DNA of 63,786 nt, filler included, from Nemertoderma westbladi (taxonomy: Eukaryota; Animalia; Xenacoelomorpha), in NCBI GenBank assembly GCA_032718475.1. It is 4 parts of 4 records of this genome, joined end to end, with 100 filler letters (N's around TTAATTAATTAA, not from the genome) between each part and the next. Parts side by side here need not be neighbours in the genome. Positions count along the whole stretch, not along the records: positions 1 to 31,655 come from JAUCBJ010003450.1; positions 31,756 to 46,869 come from JAUCBJ010004033.1; 2 more parts are not named here. One strand, 5' to 3'. This document shows, piece by piece, positions 1-37,765 of the stretch; within the stretch, counting starts at the first letter, position 1, and each line of letters begins with the position of its first letter. The translations under genes and the position numbers were made by a program. The notes beneath the pieces are model-generated. The model saw only the letters and a list, made by a program, of their open reading frames with translations, made no database searches and was not told the DNA's origin.

Positions 1-1214
1 CATTGATGAACCAAATACAAAACTTATTACAATAATATATATCACTCCCATTGGAGTGAATATGTGGGATGTCTTCCTTGTTTAGTCATTGTGTAGGCCT
101 ACAGCTTAATTAATGAAGTATTAATTAATATTTAATATCAATAACATAATAATTTCAAATTTAGCATTTTTTATTAACTATACTCCCCGGGTATTCTTTG
201 TGGAGGGACGTTCAAATGGGGGGGGGAGGTTACAAAATTCGTGACATAGTGTGACAGAGGGGGCGGGGGGGGGGGGGTGTTGAAAATCGTCAAAAAAAAG
301 CGTGACATCATTAATTGTGCACGACCCCTAAAGCAAAAAACGCAACATTTGAATGAGCATATCCTAACTATTTCCAACGAAATATTGTTTGTTTTTTTGT
401 TACATTTGGATTCCATGCAACGTATCTAGTGCATGCATTGGGCTGTTGGGCATTGGCCATTAATTATTTTCTCAGTTTTGCCGAAAAATCAGGATAATGT
501 AAAATCAGGTATAGCTTATACTTTTTGACACGTTGGAATAATATAGAGTTCAATAATACTGAAACAATTGCGACTCGTATCAGTCAGCTTTGGTGGTTTT
601 ATTACCGTCTATTTCTAGGGGAAAATGATTCTCCCACGTAACTTATTGCTGGCCTAAGCAAGCACCAACCTGGGGGGGGGGGGGGGGGGGGGTAGGACAG
701 TCGTGGTAAGCGATAACAAAAACAACAAACCGGCAACATATTATAGTGTTGGAATAAGTCAAATAGTATTTGACCAAACCCAGTAGCGTAGCGTGTGGTG
801 GAAGTAACAGCTTTTACTCATGCATTGCAAGTAATTAGTTATTAGTTAGATATATATTATTTAATGTCAAGTGGTGTGTGAGAAATAAATGTAGATCGTC
901 TAGAGTTTCCTCCCCAGACAGTCTAGTCTGTAAGTCGTAAACAACGGTTACGCAACCCGGTATAGTTCCAGTAGAATATATCTGATTTTATTTAACACAA
1001 TGCCATTGAAATTCGTGGTACTGCCGCCACACACTGCAGCATATAATGTTCCTCAATTTGTGGCAACAGTCACACATAATATTATCAGGGGGGGGGGGAC
1101 TTGACGCAAATCAGTATCTCGTTATTAAAATTAAAATTATCAATTTTATTGAATATTATTTAATTGTAAATGTAATACCACTAAATGAATATATTTGAAA
1201 CTTCCCACTATATG

Positions 1215-1492
1215 GCCCATGTGAAGAATACCAGACTTTCTGCCGTTATATTTCACTTTGCAGTTACCTCCCATGTGAAGAATACCAGGTTTTCACCAAA
1301 AACACAGGTTACAGAAGGGCTGAATCTAACCAAAACAATAAACGAATTAGTATACTGTACAGGTTATAAGACAGAAATAAGCGCTATAAAACACTTAATA
1401 AAGATAAATTTAAAAAAATAAAAAATCTTCATATATAAAATTCCAATAAAAAGTCGACCGAAAAGTGAAATCCTGGTATTCTTCACATGGGC
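1215..1492. mobile_element. Small MITE with ~20-bp TIRs
   Basis: GCCCATGTGAAGAATACCAG at 1215 and its reverse complement ending at 1492; internal partial copy near 1270. Confidence 0.6.
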
Positions 1493-1798
1493 GCAGTATA
1501 TTTTAATGCATATTATCGACCGTATAGATGAATCCATTTTTCCTGCATTCTGTTTTATTTCAATACGTCGTCTACATTATGTAAATTTAGGAATTTAATA
1601 TAATAAAAATGAACAAATTACACTGAAATAAGTATATGGAGCGATCTAGTCATAAAATAAAACAATTACCGAAAATTGTTTTAATATATATTAAATATTA
1701 TTTCTATACACGTATGGGTATGATATACAACAATTGTGGTACAAAATCCTTGCAACTTTCATTAAACGTAAAGCTCGTTATGTATTTCCTAACCCTAG

Positions 1799-26655
<24,857 letters not shown>

Positions 26656-27433
26656 TCGATTTACTCTCAGACAATTTGTGATTCTACGTTCTGGGTATAT
26701 AATATTACTGCGAAAGATTGTTTTTAGGTTTTTAGGTAGGCCTAGAAGTGTGTTGCAGTCAAAATGACAGCTAGATATGTTGATGCGAACGTGAGTTTCC
26801 TTTACCAACTGTTTATTTATTATTATATACCTCACTCATCTCTGTGACCATGTGACTGTGATACGACCTCACCCCGTCAGCAATGCAGCTATAGTAGCAG
26901 TAAGTGATATTATTTTATATACATATAGTGGGAAAGGGGTGCGATCAATGCTAGCATTAGTAATAGCAATGCTATGATTAGGGGCTAGCAATGCTATTAT
27001 TTATTATAATTATTAATAAATTATTTGATTATCCATTATTATACCGATATAGTTATTATTTAAATCATCCATCAATCACTAATCATTATTATTATTTTTA
27101 TCACAGGTAAACACTATTATAATGAACTTACTACCTTTTAATGTCCTGAATATATATTTTCAGTTTCTGGTAGGCCTACCTGCACGGCATCCTAACCTAT
27201 TTATTGAAGTGAATCTATCCTAATTGTGTTTAGGTGATCATTTGGTGCGCGGGAATTCGCATTTTGATCGTTAAATTACGACATTTTTCCAGCTATTTTT
27301 ATTTTGTGTTGCAAGTTTTATTGACAGTAACTGAATCTCGCTTTATTTGTATTATTTAAATAGCTTCTAAAATAGTTTATTATTGTTATGAATCAGGTAT
27401 TTAAATGTAATCGTATTTAACATCATATCTCAA

Positions 27434-27793
27434 GTGTCATAAGGCCCTAAGTCGATTTTTGTAGGATTTTACTTTTTTATACAATTCCACACTAAGACAT
27501 GCTCTATCAGCTGGTGAAGTTTTGAACATTTTAACCAATAGGAAGTTATGATTATTGCGTGGTAAAGTGAAGACCTATATCCCAGCGGACAATATTTTAC
27601 TGCAGAAAGGCGAAAGGCCCTATGTAAAGTTTTAACCAATGGGAAGTGATGATATTACGTATAGTCAAGTGAAATCCAATAATCCTATTGGACAATATTT
27701 TACTGCAGAATGAATGGCCCTATATCTCTCTATATCTTTTTTAGGCTCTCATGAACAATTGCAATTTTTGACTTGGTTAAGGCCTTATGACAC
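27434..27793. mobile_element. Small MITE
   Basis: GTGTCATAAGGCC ... GGCCTTATGACAC inverted termini; internal direct repeat of GGACAATATTTTACTGCAGAA. Confidence 0.55.
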
Positions 27794-28535
27794 CTAAGCT
27801 ACAACATATTGTATCACTAAATTACATTTATTTTGTTGTCTTTAATCAATGAAACGTGTTATCAATAATGTACCTCCGATATAATAATCTTATATTATCA
27901 AATCTTTCTGTGCTATTAGCATCAAATTATTTTATTGGACCTGTGGATAATCACAAGATTTTGCATTTTTGGTGATTCAAACACCGAATTTTTATGTAAA
28001 TATATCATTGGAAGGAAAAAATATCAAAAATAATAATGACCCCTTCTCAATTGGCCTATCAACTGACGGGTACCAAGACCAACCAACCCGTTTCTATATT
28101 GATAGACCTTTAGTTTCTACTATTTTTTGTTGATATGCTTTATTTATTAAAAAATTACACTTTTTTTGCTCGTTTTTTTTATACGATGCACACATATATA
28201 CATATTTCTATGGGTTGGCCGTGTTGTTTTTAAACTGCACGTAAATGAATGGTTCCTTATCTTATCGTAATGTCATTCAACAGTGAACCTATAATAGCTA
28301 TATTATTTAAATAGTTTGTCGTCACTTATTTTCGACCTTTTCTACCGAACCTCTTAGTGCCTCTTTTTGTATTTATAGTGTTTATATAACAGCTTCAATG
28401 GATGCCGATATCCCATGCCAACCCTAATCCGATACAAACCAAAATGTACCATAACTTAATAAGTTATAAATTTAGTTGAAACTGCGCTGAAACTTACTAT
28501 TAATAGCCTTGCGAGTAAGGTAGGAGTAACGCAAT

Positions 28536-30210
28536 CCTCCATGGAGTTATCCAGTTACGCATCCCTCCTTGGAATTAGCACGTAACGAGTAATGCATCCA
28601 TCCTTGGAGTTAGCGCGTAACGAGTAATGCATCCCTCCATGGAGTTAGTGCGTAGCGAGTAATGCATCCCTCCATGGAGTTAGCGCGTAACGAGTAATGC
28701 ATCCATCCTTGGAGTTAGCGCGTAACGAGTAATGCATCCATCCTTGGAGTTAGTGCGTAGCGAGTAATGCATCCCTCCATGGAGTTAGCGCGTAGCGAGT
28801 AATGCATCCCTCCATGGAGTTAGCGCGTAACGAGTAATGCATCCATCCTTGGAGTTAGCGCGTAACGAGTAATGCATCCCTCCTTGGAATTAGCACGTAA
28901 CGAGTAATGCATCCATCCTTGGAGTTAGCGCGTAACGAGTAATGCATCCATCCTTGGAGTTAGTGCGTAGCGAGTAATGCATCCCTCCATGGAGTTAGCG
29001 CGTAACGAGTAATGCATCCCTCCATGGAGTTAGTGCGTAACGAGTAATGCATCCCTCCATGGAGTTAGCGCGTAACGAGTAATGCATCCATCCTTGGAGT
29101 TAGCGCGCAACGAGTAATGCATCCATCCTTGGAGTTAGTGCGTAGCGAGTAATGCATCCCTCCACGGAGTTAGCGCGTAACGAGTAATCCATCCATCCTT
29201 GGAGTTAGCGCGTAACGAGTAATGCATCCCTCCTTGGAATTAGCACGTAACGAGTAATGCATCCATCCTTGGAGTTAGCGCGTAACGAGTAATGCATCCA
29301 TCCTTGGAGTTAGTGCGTAGCGAGTAATGCATCCCTCCATGGAGTTAGTGCGTAACGAGTAATGCATCCCTCCATGGAGTTAGTGCGTAACGAGTAATGC
29401 ATCCCTCCATGGAGTTAGCGCGTAACGAGTAATGCATCCATCCTTGGAGTTAGCGCGCAACGAGTAATGCATCCATCCTTGGAGTTAGTGCGTAGCGAGT
29501 AATGCATCCCTCCACGGAGTTAGCGCGTAACGAGTAATGCATCCCTCCACGGAGTTAGCGCGTAACGAGTAATGCATCCCTCCATGGAGTTAGTGCGTAA
29601 CGAGTAATGCATCCCTCCATGGAGTTAGTGCGTAACGAGTAATGCATCCCTCCATGGAGTTAGCGCGTAACGAGTAATGCATCCCTCCATGGAGTTAGTG
29701 CGTAACGAGTAATGCATCCCTCCATGGAGTTAGTGCGTAACGAGTAATGCATCCCTCCATGGAGTTAGCGCGTAACGAGTAATGCATCCCTCCATGGAGT
29801 TAGTGCGTAACGAGTAATGCATCCCTCCATGGAGTTAGCGCGTAACGAGTAATGCATCCCTCCATGGAGTTAGTGCGTAACGAGTAATGCATCCCTCCAT
29901 GGAGTTAGTGCGTAACGAGTAATGCATCCCTCCATGGAGTTAGTGCGTAACGAGTAATGCATCCCTCCACGGAGTTAGCGCGTAACGAGTAATGCATCCC
30001 TCCACGGAGTTAGCGCGTAACGAGTAATGCATCCCTCCATGGAGTTAGTGCGTAACGAGTAATGCATCCCTCCATGGAGTTAGTGCGTAACGAGTAATGC
30101 ATCCCTCCATGGAGTTAGTGCGTAACGAGTAATGCATCCCTCCATGGAGTTAGCACGTAACGAGTAATGCATCCCTCCATGGATTTAGCGCGTAACGAGT
30201 AATGCATCCC
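28536..30210 (+). repeat. 35-bp satellite (GGAGTTAGCGCGTAACGAGTAATGCATCCCTCCAT), ~47 copies
   Basis: Strict 35-bp period with no spacers. Confidence 0.97.
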
Positions 30211-31655
30211 TTTAAGCACTAATGCAGAGGCACTTTTGCGGATCTTTTTGTGTGTCTTTTGTTAGTGGGTCTTTTCATATTTATTTTTTTTTCCATTATA
30301 ATAAATCGAAATATTATTATTATTAATTGTGAATTACCACTGCCATTGTAATTTATGCAGTTGTGTATAACAATCGTACTCGCTTATCTCAGTGTATAAT
30401 TGAAGGGTTGAGCCTATTAAGGTCTTATGTAACATTTTCTTAGAATCAGAGTTATACTCATACAGAGGTCCTATGAGACTTACCAATAAGGTTCTGAGGT
30501 CTTATGAACAATACTGCCTGATATCCTGGAGTAAAATAGTCAGACTATGTACAGTAAAAATCGCATAGACATAAACAAAAAGGGTCTTATGAACAATACT
30601 GCCTGATATATGCGAAATAATTTTGAAGTTTGTGAAAAAAAATTTTTGAAAGTAAAGATTTTGAAGTACATCTATGTTTTACCTGCATGCAAAAATACAG
30701 AATGCCAACATCAACTGTAATGTGTAGGTAAAAAAAACGCAAAAGTGTGATTATCTCAGAATGACACTTTTGTCACATAGGGCCTTTTTATGCTCAGCCC
30801 TTAAATTGTTTTTATTAATTGTTTAAAAGTGCTCCTTGTTATATAGGTCACTATAAAATAAGAAGTTTTTATTTGCCGATGTGGCTCGTGAGAGGAACTG
30901 TATACTCCATTTGATGACATGGCTTACTACCAAATATTGGTTTAATAAATCAGGGAACAAATAGATGATATCCCATCCTCCCATATTATTATAATTCCAA
31001 ATTGTTTTGAAATGTTTGTAGTTTTTACCTTAGTCTTCTCATAGTTTTTTATTTTTAGTAAATTTTCCAGCTTGGCACGTATTTTTGGGACTAAATAAAG
31101 ATATGGAGTCTTCTTGCATGTAAATATATTTGAATGCACTCACTTTTGAATTCTATTATATTTTATGATTGCCCTATCTCTATATTTATTATTAATAACT
31201 TTATTTTGAATTTGATAGATAGAACTTATTTTTCTGGAATATATCGTGCGGTGCAATTAGCACATGGTCAATTCCAATTTTATTTACGTGAAAAATGTTT
31301 TTGTGTTTCTTTCCATTTTTTCCTTTTTATATTTTCGTTTCTAAGTATAAAATTGAATTATTTTCCAGTTCTATATTGCGTTTAGTGCATGTTGAATGCA
31401 CTGCACAGTTGTGTAATAATATTTCTTCTTGTGCCATTCGTGATTATTTGGTAAATTGTTACGTCATATATTATGATTATATTGTAAATATAATAATTAT
31501 GAATTATTAATAATTATCTGTTTGTTTCAATGCAAACACAACATACATTTATTCACTTTGTCGAATGTAAACCCCCTATTTAACTGCTTTTTGCAAATTT
31601 TGCGCAAGAGATTTGCGCTCATTATATCGCCCCTGGAACCTTATCGTATCGCCCT

Positions 31656-31755
31656 NNNNNNNNNNNNNNNNNNNNNNNNNNNNNNNNNNNNNNNNNNNNT
31701 TAATTAATTAANNNNNNNNNNNNNNNNNNNNNNNNNNNNNNNNNNNNNNNNNNNN
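31656..31755. other. Assembly gap with artificial TTAATTAATTAA spacer (also ~46870-46969 and ~59078-59177)
   Basis: The same ~100-nt N/TTAATTAATTAA/N construct occurs three times. Confidence 0.97.
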
Positions 31756-32065
31756 TAAATAAAATACAGTATAACTTATAATTCGAGGTTAAGACCCCTA
31801 GAACAGTTCGACTATAGCTTCAGTATAATCATTGTTTATTAAACCATTAGTGCAGTAGTGGCCCAGACAAGGGGAAATGAGACACATTGCCTATAGTAGT
31901 ACAGAAGTACATATCGTCGGTTCCATTTTGAAACCACCTATGCGCCATTTTTGCCATAATAGATGTTTTGGGCATTTCTTTATGTTATAACGTGTTCTGA
32001 ATCCGATTAACACACTTTATAAGGTCATATGCCAACATACTGTATACACTAACTGAGATATTTAT

Positions 32066-34522
32066 ACTACTACTACTAGGATCGGCATGCTGCATTGCAG
32101 CTGCATTTTTAAGAATTCTGTGCCGGCTTATCGACAAAATTGCACCGCCACAACTCCCTATCACCCATGACATTTGCTAGATCATCCGCATCTTCAAGGC
32201 CAGTGTCCTTTAAGATGCGTCTCAAGAAAGTCATGGGCTGTCCACCATGCTTATTCACTCCATGAGGCTGCCAAAGTACAAGATTATGCACTGGCTGGTC
32301 CTCACGGCGAAAGCAATGTCCTGCAAAGCGGAGGCGATTTTTTTCTAGTGTCAAGCTTGGGGGAACCAATGAGACACCTCCAATGTTATATAGTGTCTGG
32401 TTGGAGATGTGTGCATTGTACTTGACACAATGAACCCGGCGTAGCATTCTTGTGAATGTGCCATCCAGAGATTTGGTGTCCTCAGCAGTTAGAGCCCAGC
32501 ATGGACTCCCGTAGAGGAGTACTGGAACTACTGCTGCTCTAAATAATCGGACCTTAAGTTTCCGATTAATTCTCGGTGACTTCCAAATCCTGGAAAGCCT
32601 ATTCAAGGCTGCCCATGCCTTTCCCTTACGTATTCGAAGGTCCCCACCTGACTTCCGGATCCATGATCCCAGGTAACAGAAGTCGTCGACATGCTCAAGC
32701 ATACCATCCTTTGAGCTTATGCTCATCCGATCAGAGACTTGCTGAGGACTTTCAAAGTTAACTGTCAGAATTTTGGTCTTTCTGGAGTTAATAAAAAGAC
32801 CAACACTAGAAGCAGCATGTTCTAATGAGCTGAGGAGCCGTTGGGCTCCCTCTAGTGATTCTGAGAGTACTCCTAAGTCATCAGCAAAGTCTAGATCAGT
32901 TAGGTACTTGGCAGGATTTCCTCGACTTCTGGAGCCAGTAGGTGGAGTTATCATCACCCCATCATCATTATGATGATCTAAGGACATGCGTAGAACATAG
33001 TCAACAACAATTATGAACAAGAATGGTGCAAGTGTGTCTCCCTGGAGGACGCCCCATAACACTTCAAATGGTTCTGTGTCACCGTCAACAGTAGACACAA
33101 ATGTTGTCGAACCATCGTATACTGATCTGATTGCTGCAATAATTTTGTACGCGCTTTTGAAGACCTTTATCAGTTTAACCTGCCAAAATTTATGTCTTTT
33201 GGTTTATAAATAGACTTTAGTAAATGACAAGTATTTAATACCAATAAACACAACATTAGCCGAAGCCAGCCTAGTGCGCGTCCATTCACCCGCTGGATAT
33301 ACCCGGGAGACTGGATTCGGATGGGGCTTAGATTTTATTATTGCAGTGTAAGCTTACTGTATTATTCGATTGATCGTTAATAAATAATTTCTGACGAGTA
33401 TTATTCACTTTCGGGAAATATTAACAGTTCCTTTAGGACGTGGCGCTCTATCTAGGTAAACAGAGATATGACTTATACTAAACACAACTGTAAGACTGTA
33501 AGGCTTATGATTCACGTATGAGGCGCATTCTTTAGGAAATGCTTAGTTATCAGCCACAATCATGCACACTACCGGTACCACACAATACTGCACACTAATC
33601 TGCCGACCGTCAATGAATTTTATCATATATAAAGAGAACAGCAATTGACTCATGTAGTGCCTATCAAATAGCATTAAACTCACTACAAACCACGATAATA
33701 TAAGTCGCAATCGCTATATGTAACCTGTCTCTCTAACCTGTAGTGTATCAAGAAAATTGGGAAATTTTGGTTATTTATCGATGTTCTCCAAGTAATAATA
33801 TTCAACCAAACAACAGTAAAACCATTAAGACGGTAGGTTAAGATATGATATGACAATGTACTGATAATGTAACAATGATACGATCTGCCGATAACAGTTA
33901 TACGTTCTATAATCTAAGCCTACTAATGTTTCTTCTAAAGTCTGAAACAAATTGACTCCAGAGCCAGTGTTCTTGGCCTAGATAGAAACAACACAACTAT
34001 AACAAGAAAACAGTAAGACTGAATACGCCTAGTACGATCTGTAGAATATCTCCACATCGACAGTAAAAATCGCCCTGATTGGCTGTTAAGCTAAACAAAG
34101 AACCATGTGTCCAACGGCCGTTTCCATGCCAGCAACCAGCTGTTAGATGTCGTAATCTGAATCATCAAGGCTACACTGTGCTAGAGGATTTGACGCATTG
34201 CGGGTTTTGTGTCTTGCCATGTCCGCCAAAGCACACATATAGAAAAACAACTTTTATGTCCGTTAAAACACCCACACGGTACTTTGCGGGCAAGGGGACT
34301 GATTATATCCGCAAAAGCTTTTACAAATTTCATCAGGAATCCCATATAATGAAAGTATGCTGAACATACGTGAGCGAGAGACTGAATCAAAGGCCTTGAA
34401 GAAGTCAACAAAGATAACAGCCAGATGCCTGTCTTTCTTTTTTGATAACTCTTCAATTATCCTTCTAAGTGCCAAAATGGGCTCCATGGTCCCAAGACCT
34501 TTACGGAACCCATTCTATATTC
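32066..34522 (-). mobile_element. RTE LINE (5'-truncated) split by a later insertion
   Basis: FVDFFKAFDS..LYGIPDEI (34326-34515) continues as IAAIRSVYDG..GVLQGDTLAP..FADD (33145 leftward); TSD GATATTTATAC at 32057 and 34523. Confidence 0.9.
33146..34325. mobile_element. 1.18-kb TG...CA element with 5-bp TSD (solo-LTR-like or non-autonomous TIR element)
   Basis: AATTT|TGTACGCGCTTTTG ... CAAAAGCTTTTACA|AATTT; diverged second copy at 59178-60430. Confidence 0.85.
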
Positions 34523-35038
34523 GATATTTATACAGTAGTTTCAAAAGAACTTATACGCCAGGAAAACATCAATATGAAATAAGAATGAACGAATCAGGAG
34601 ATAGAATTGTTGTTTATTATAATAGAGGGAGATTTGATTTATATTTTTAAAACTTAATAATCGAATTTGTCTAAGGATTTTAATGCTTTTTGTTTTGAGT
34701 AATCATTGTAAAAAAATATAATAAATTTTTTTGAAACAACCTATATCCGTATACATAGTTTCCTACCTATGTGACATAATTCTATTAATTTTCAAACCAT
34801 AATATTTTTATTTCAAATCACATAAGATTACCAATCCAATATGTTAAAACCCATTTAATTTTAGTCCAAAACGAAAATAGAATGGATAATGTTGTTTTGT
34901 GGAAAATGCCACATTTGGCGTATAGGTAGGTCTGTAGGTGGTTTCAAAATGGAACCGACGATATATTGAAGGTGAAGGTGATATTGAAATTGAAGGTGTT
35001 TCTATCAGTTGTTTGATTAGTGAGCGATCTAAGGGTTC

Positions 35039-35360
35039 CGGTTCACTCTAACAGTCTAATAATAAATAATAATGATGTAGTTACAGTACAGTAGTTCTGT
35101 AGTACGGTAATTAATATAATATTTTTCTTGGAGTGCGTTCTTCTGAGACTATTAGACTGCTACGCTCGCTGTAATACAGTAGTTGGCCTATTTACCTGTC
35201 GGTTCACTCTAACAGTCTAATAATAAATAATAATGATGTAGTTACAGTACAGTAGTTCTGTAGTACGGTAATTAATATAATATTTTTCTTGGAGTGCGTT
35301 CTTCTGAGACTATTAGACTGCTACGCTCGCTGTAATACAGTAGTTGGCCTATTTACCTGT
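35039..35360 (+). repeat. Exact 160-bp tandem duplication
   Basis: GGTTCACTCTAACAG... at 35041 and 35201. Confidence 0.9.
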
Positions 35361-36274
35361 TTCTGTGTTTACTGTAGAAGTATAGTACGACGCTACTGCG
35401 TATTGTAGTAATGTAACCTGGTAACTGTTGTTATTAACTGTTGTTCGTAAAAGTGTGCTAGTAACTAAGTGCTTGTAGGTCTATAAATACGGTGACGTGT
35501 TTTGTTCTTATATTTCTTTTGTGCAATTTACAACAATAGCATTATGTTGCTTGTTCAGTTGTTGGAGTTTATACTGTTATATGTTTAATGTAAATAGGGC
35601 GTGAGGAAGCAAATGGTTTTAAAGCCCGTGCACACAATAAATAAAATTAACAGAGACATACCGATATGTAAAATATATATATGAAATTGTACTGTACACA
35701 TAAATAAAATATTGGCTGGGTTAAAACACGTCTTGTTTTAGGTAAAACTGAACGTAATCGGGACCGCACAAAGTAGTATGATAATAGACTGGGAAAAAAA
35801 AGCGTTAGTTCAAATTAGTATTAAAATTCCCGGTCAGGATAGTCCATCGGCATGTATATACGTTTATAAATTAATCTCAATACCGGGTCCGGGTGTATCT
35901 AGTTCATCAGGCCAAATTACAAAATTATAATATAAAATTCATGTCAGGAATAAAAGGCATATAAAAAGTATTATGAACTAGGTATTATACCTAGAAATGA
36001 TAACAATACAGCAATATAGTATTGAAATAATTAATAATTTTCCTTATCATTGCACAATGCACACCATTGTCATCCAGTATGAATTTCTTAATAATATATC
36101 AGTATATGCCCTGGTTCAGTCGTTCGGGATGGTTCAGTTCTGACCACAATAGTAGTAGGCCTACAGTAGTACCGGTGGTGCCGGTAGAGGAAATTGTAGT
36201 GTGTAGATTTGGATATACTATTTATTTTAGCGTTTTGCTTTGGTTAGGTTCTCTTTCTTTGTGAAACACAAAAT

Positions 36275-37171
36275 ATGACAGGAATTAGTGTTAAAATCAG
36301 CCTCCCAAGAGAAAGCCACCCTATTGAACTTCCGATTATCGAGAAACCAACGGGGACGGCGGACAAGCACTTGGTGACTCCCGGCGAGGTGATCACCACC
36401 GAGGAAGGGTTCATGCGAGGCCACGGAACGTCCCCGGAAGGCCTTGACCTGCAGGCGACCGTAGCCGGCCACGTAGACCGGGTGAACCGCCTGATCTGCG
36501 TGCGATCGCTCGCGAAACGCTATGTCGGGGAAGTTGGCGACGTGGTCGTCGGGAGGATTACGGAAGTCGGCCAGAAGCGATGGAAAGTCGACACGAACGC
36601 GAGGTTGTCGTCGTTGCTGATGTTGACCTCGGTGAATCTACCGGGGGGAGAGTTGCGGCGACGAAGCGCCGAAGATGAACTCATGATGAGATCTTATCTC
36701 GAGGAAGGCGATCTAATCTCAGCGGAGGTGCAGAGCATCTACGCGGATGGGTCGCTCTGTTTGCACACGCGGAGTTTAAAGTACGGTAAACTCGGTCAGG
36801 GAGTTGTTGTTAAGGTTCCCTCTGTGCTAATCACGCGACGTAAGACCCATACTCACAACCTCACGTGCGGCGCCACTGTTATCCTAGGGAATAACGGCTA
36901 CGTGTGGCTGGGAGCCACGCCTCCCGACGGGGAGGAGGGGGGTTTCGTGCAGAGCGTCTCGGCGGTGACACGGTCCGTTCGCGAGGCGGTTTGTCGGTTA
37001 CGGAACTGCGTCGTCGCTTTAGCCAATCACGGCTCGCCGTTGTACGATACTGTACTCATATACGCGTACGAGGAGTCCGCTAGATGGGCCATTAAGGAGT
37101 TACTAGACATAGCCAATCAGGAAACTCTAGTTAGTTTGACTCTCCATCGGTTACAGATGGAATCGTCGTGA
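36275..37171 (+). CDS. EXOSC2: Exosome complex component RRP4, single-exon CDS
   Basis: LVTPGEVIT..GFMRGHGT, YVGEVGDVVVGRITEVGQKRWKVD, NLPGGELRRRSAEDEL, LHTRSLKYGKLGQG, ILGNNGYVW; full length 298 aa. Confidence 0.97.
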   Translation: MTGISVKISLPRESHPIELPIIEKPTGTADKHLVTPGEVITTEEGFMRGHGTSPEGLDLQATVAGHVDRVNRLICVRSLAKRYVGEVGDVVVGRITEVGQKRWKVDTNARLSSLLMLTSVNLPGGELRRRSAEDELMMRSYLEEGDLISAEVQSIYADGSLCLHTRSLKYGKLGQGVVVKVPSVLITRRKTHTHNLTCGATVILGNNGYVWLGATPPDGEEGGFVQSVSAVTRSVREAVCRLRNCVVALANHGSPLYDTVLIYAYEESARWAIKELLDIANQETLVSLTLHRLQMESS

Positions 37172-37292
37172 TCCAAACCTTGGGGTTGTTACGGCTCGTG
37201 AGTCGTGATCTGCCCAACACATGTCTGCATGTGGGATGAACTGGGGCTGAACTGGAAGGCGCACGAAATCCATCACTCTTATTAGGAAATCA

Positions 37293-37420
37293 ACCCAAAT
37301 AGCAGCTGATTACTCCCAAAAATATAACTGTAACCTGTTCTATTGGGTTTAGTTTATTGTTTTGGTTAATGTGCCACTGCCACTGTAACCTGCTCCTTTC
37401 CCTAAATTGATAATTTAGCA
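37293..37420 (-). repeat. Short interspersed repeat family (other copies ~39614-39735 +, ~46311-46373 +, ~52660-52765 -)
   Basis: Shared core AATTATCAATTAAGGGAAAGGAGCAGGTTAC..AACCAAAACAATAAAC..AATAGAACAGGTTA. Confidence 0.7.
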
Positions 37421-37765
37421 TTGCGATGGAATTTACAGCCAGTTCACCCTGTCTCCAAAATTGAATCCTCTCATGGGAAAAACATAAACAAGATAGCAAA
37501 TATCCGGTACAGTAGAATCGGATTTACGAGAAAGAAAAAGTTGAATGTAACTGCAACATTTGCTCGTTATTGCAACATTATTGCGTTCGAGTATTTTGAA
37601 CCCATGGAATATTATTATAAATATAATTACTAAATTCAGAGTAGTCCTAACTGCTAACCGATAAAGTGACATTGTTTGTGCAATTATAATTTCATTACAC
37701 ATGCAATTAGAAATTATTATTAATCTAAAAAAATAAACTGCTCCGAATATACAATTGAAGTTTAA

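Larger units (their letters stand above)
31911..34964. mobile_element. Non-autonomous TIR DNA transposon hosting nested insertions
   Basis: Perfect 30-bp inverted ends ATATCGTCGGTTCCATTTTGAAACCACCTA; the terminal ATAT may be the TSD. Confidence 0.8.

Noticed and set aside
612-645. Possible PAK micro-exon (TTTCTAG|GGGAAAATGATTCTCCCAC|GTAACT)
   Set aside because: Only 19 nt with a weak donor and no recognisable homology; cannot be supported without transcripts.
28536-30210. CRISPR-like 35-bp repeats
   Set aside because: Head-to-tail units with no unique spacers, no cas genes and a eukaryotic context; the same applies to the 27-bp array.
31700-31711. Recurrent TTAATTAATTAA motif
   Set aside because: Embedded in N runs identically three times; an assembly spacer with stops in all frames.
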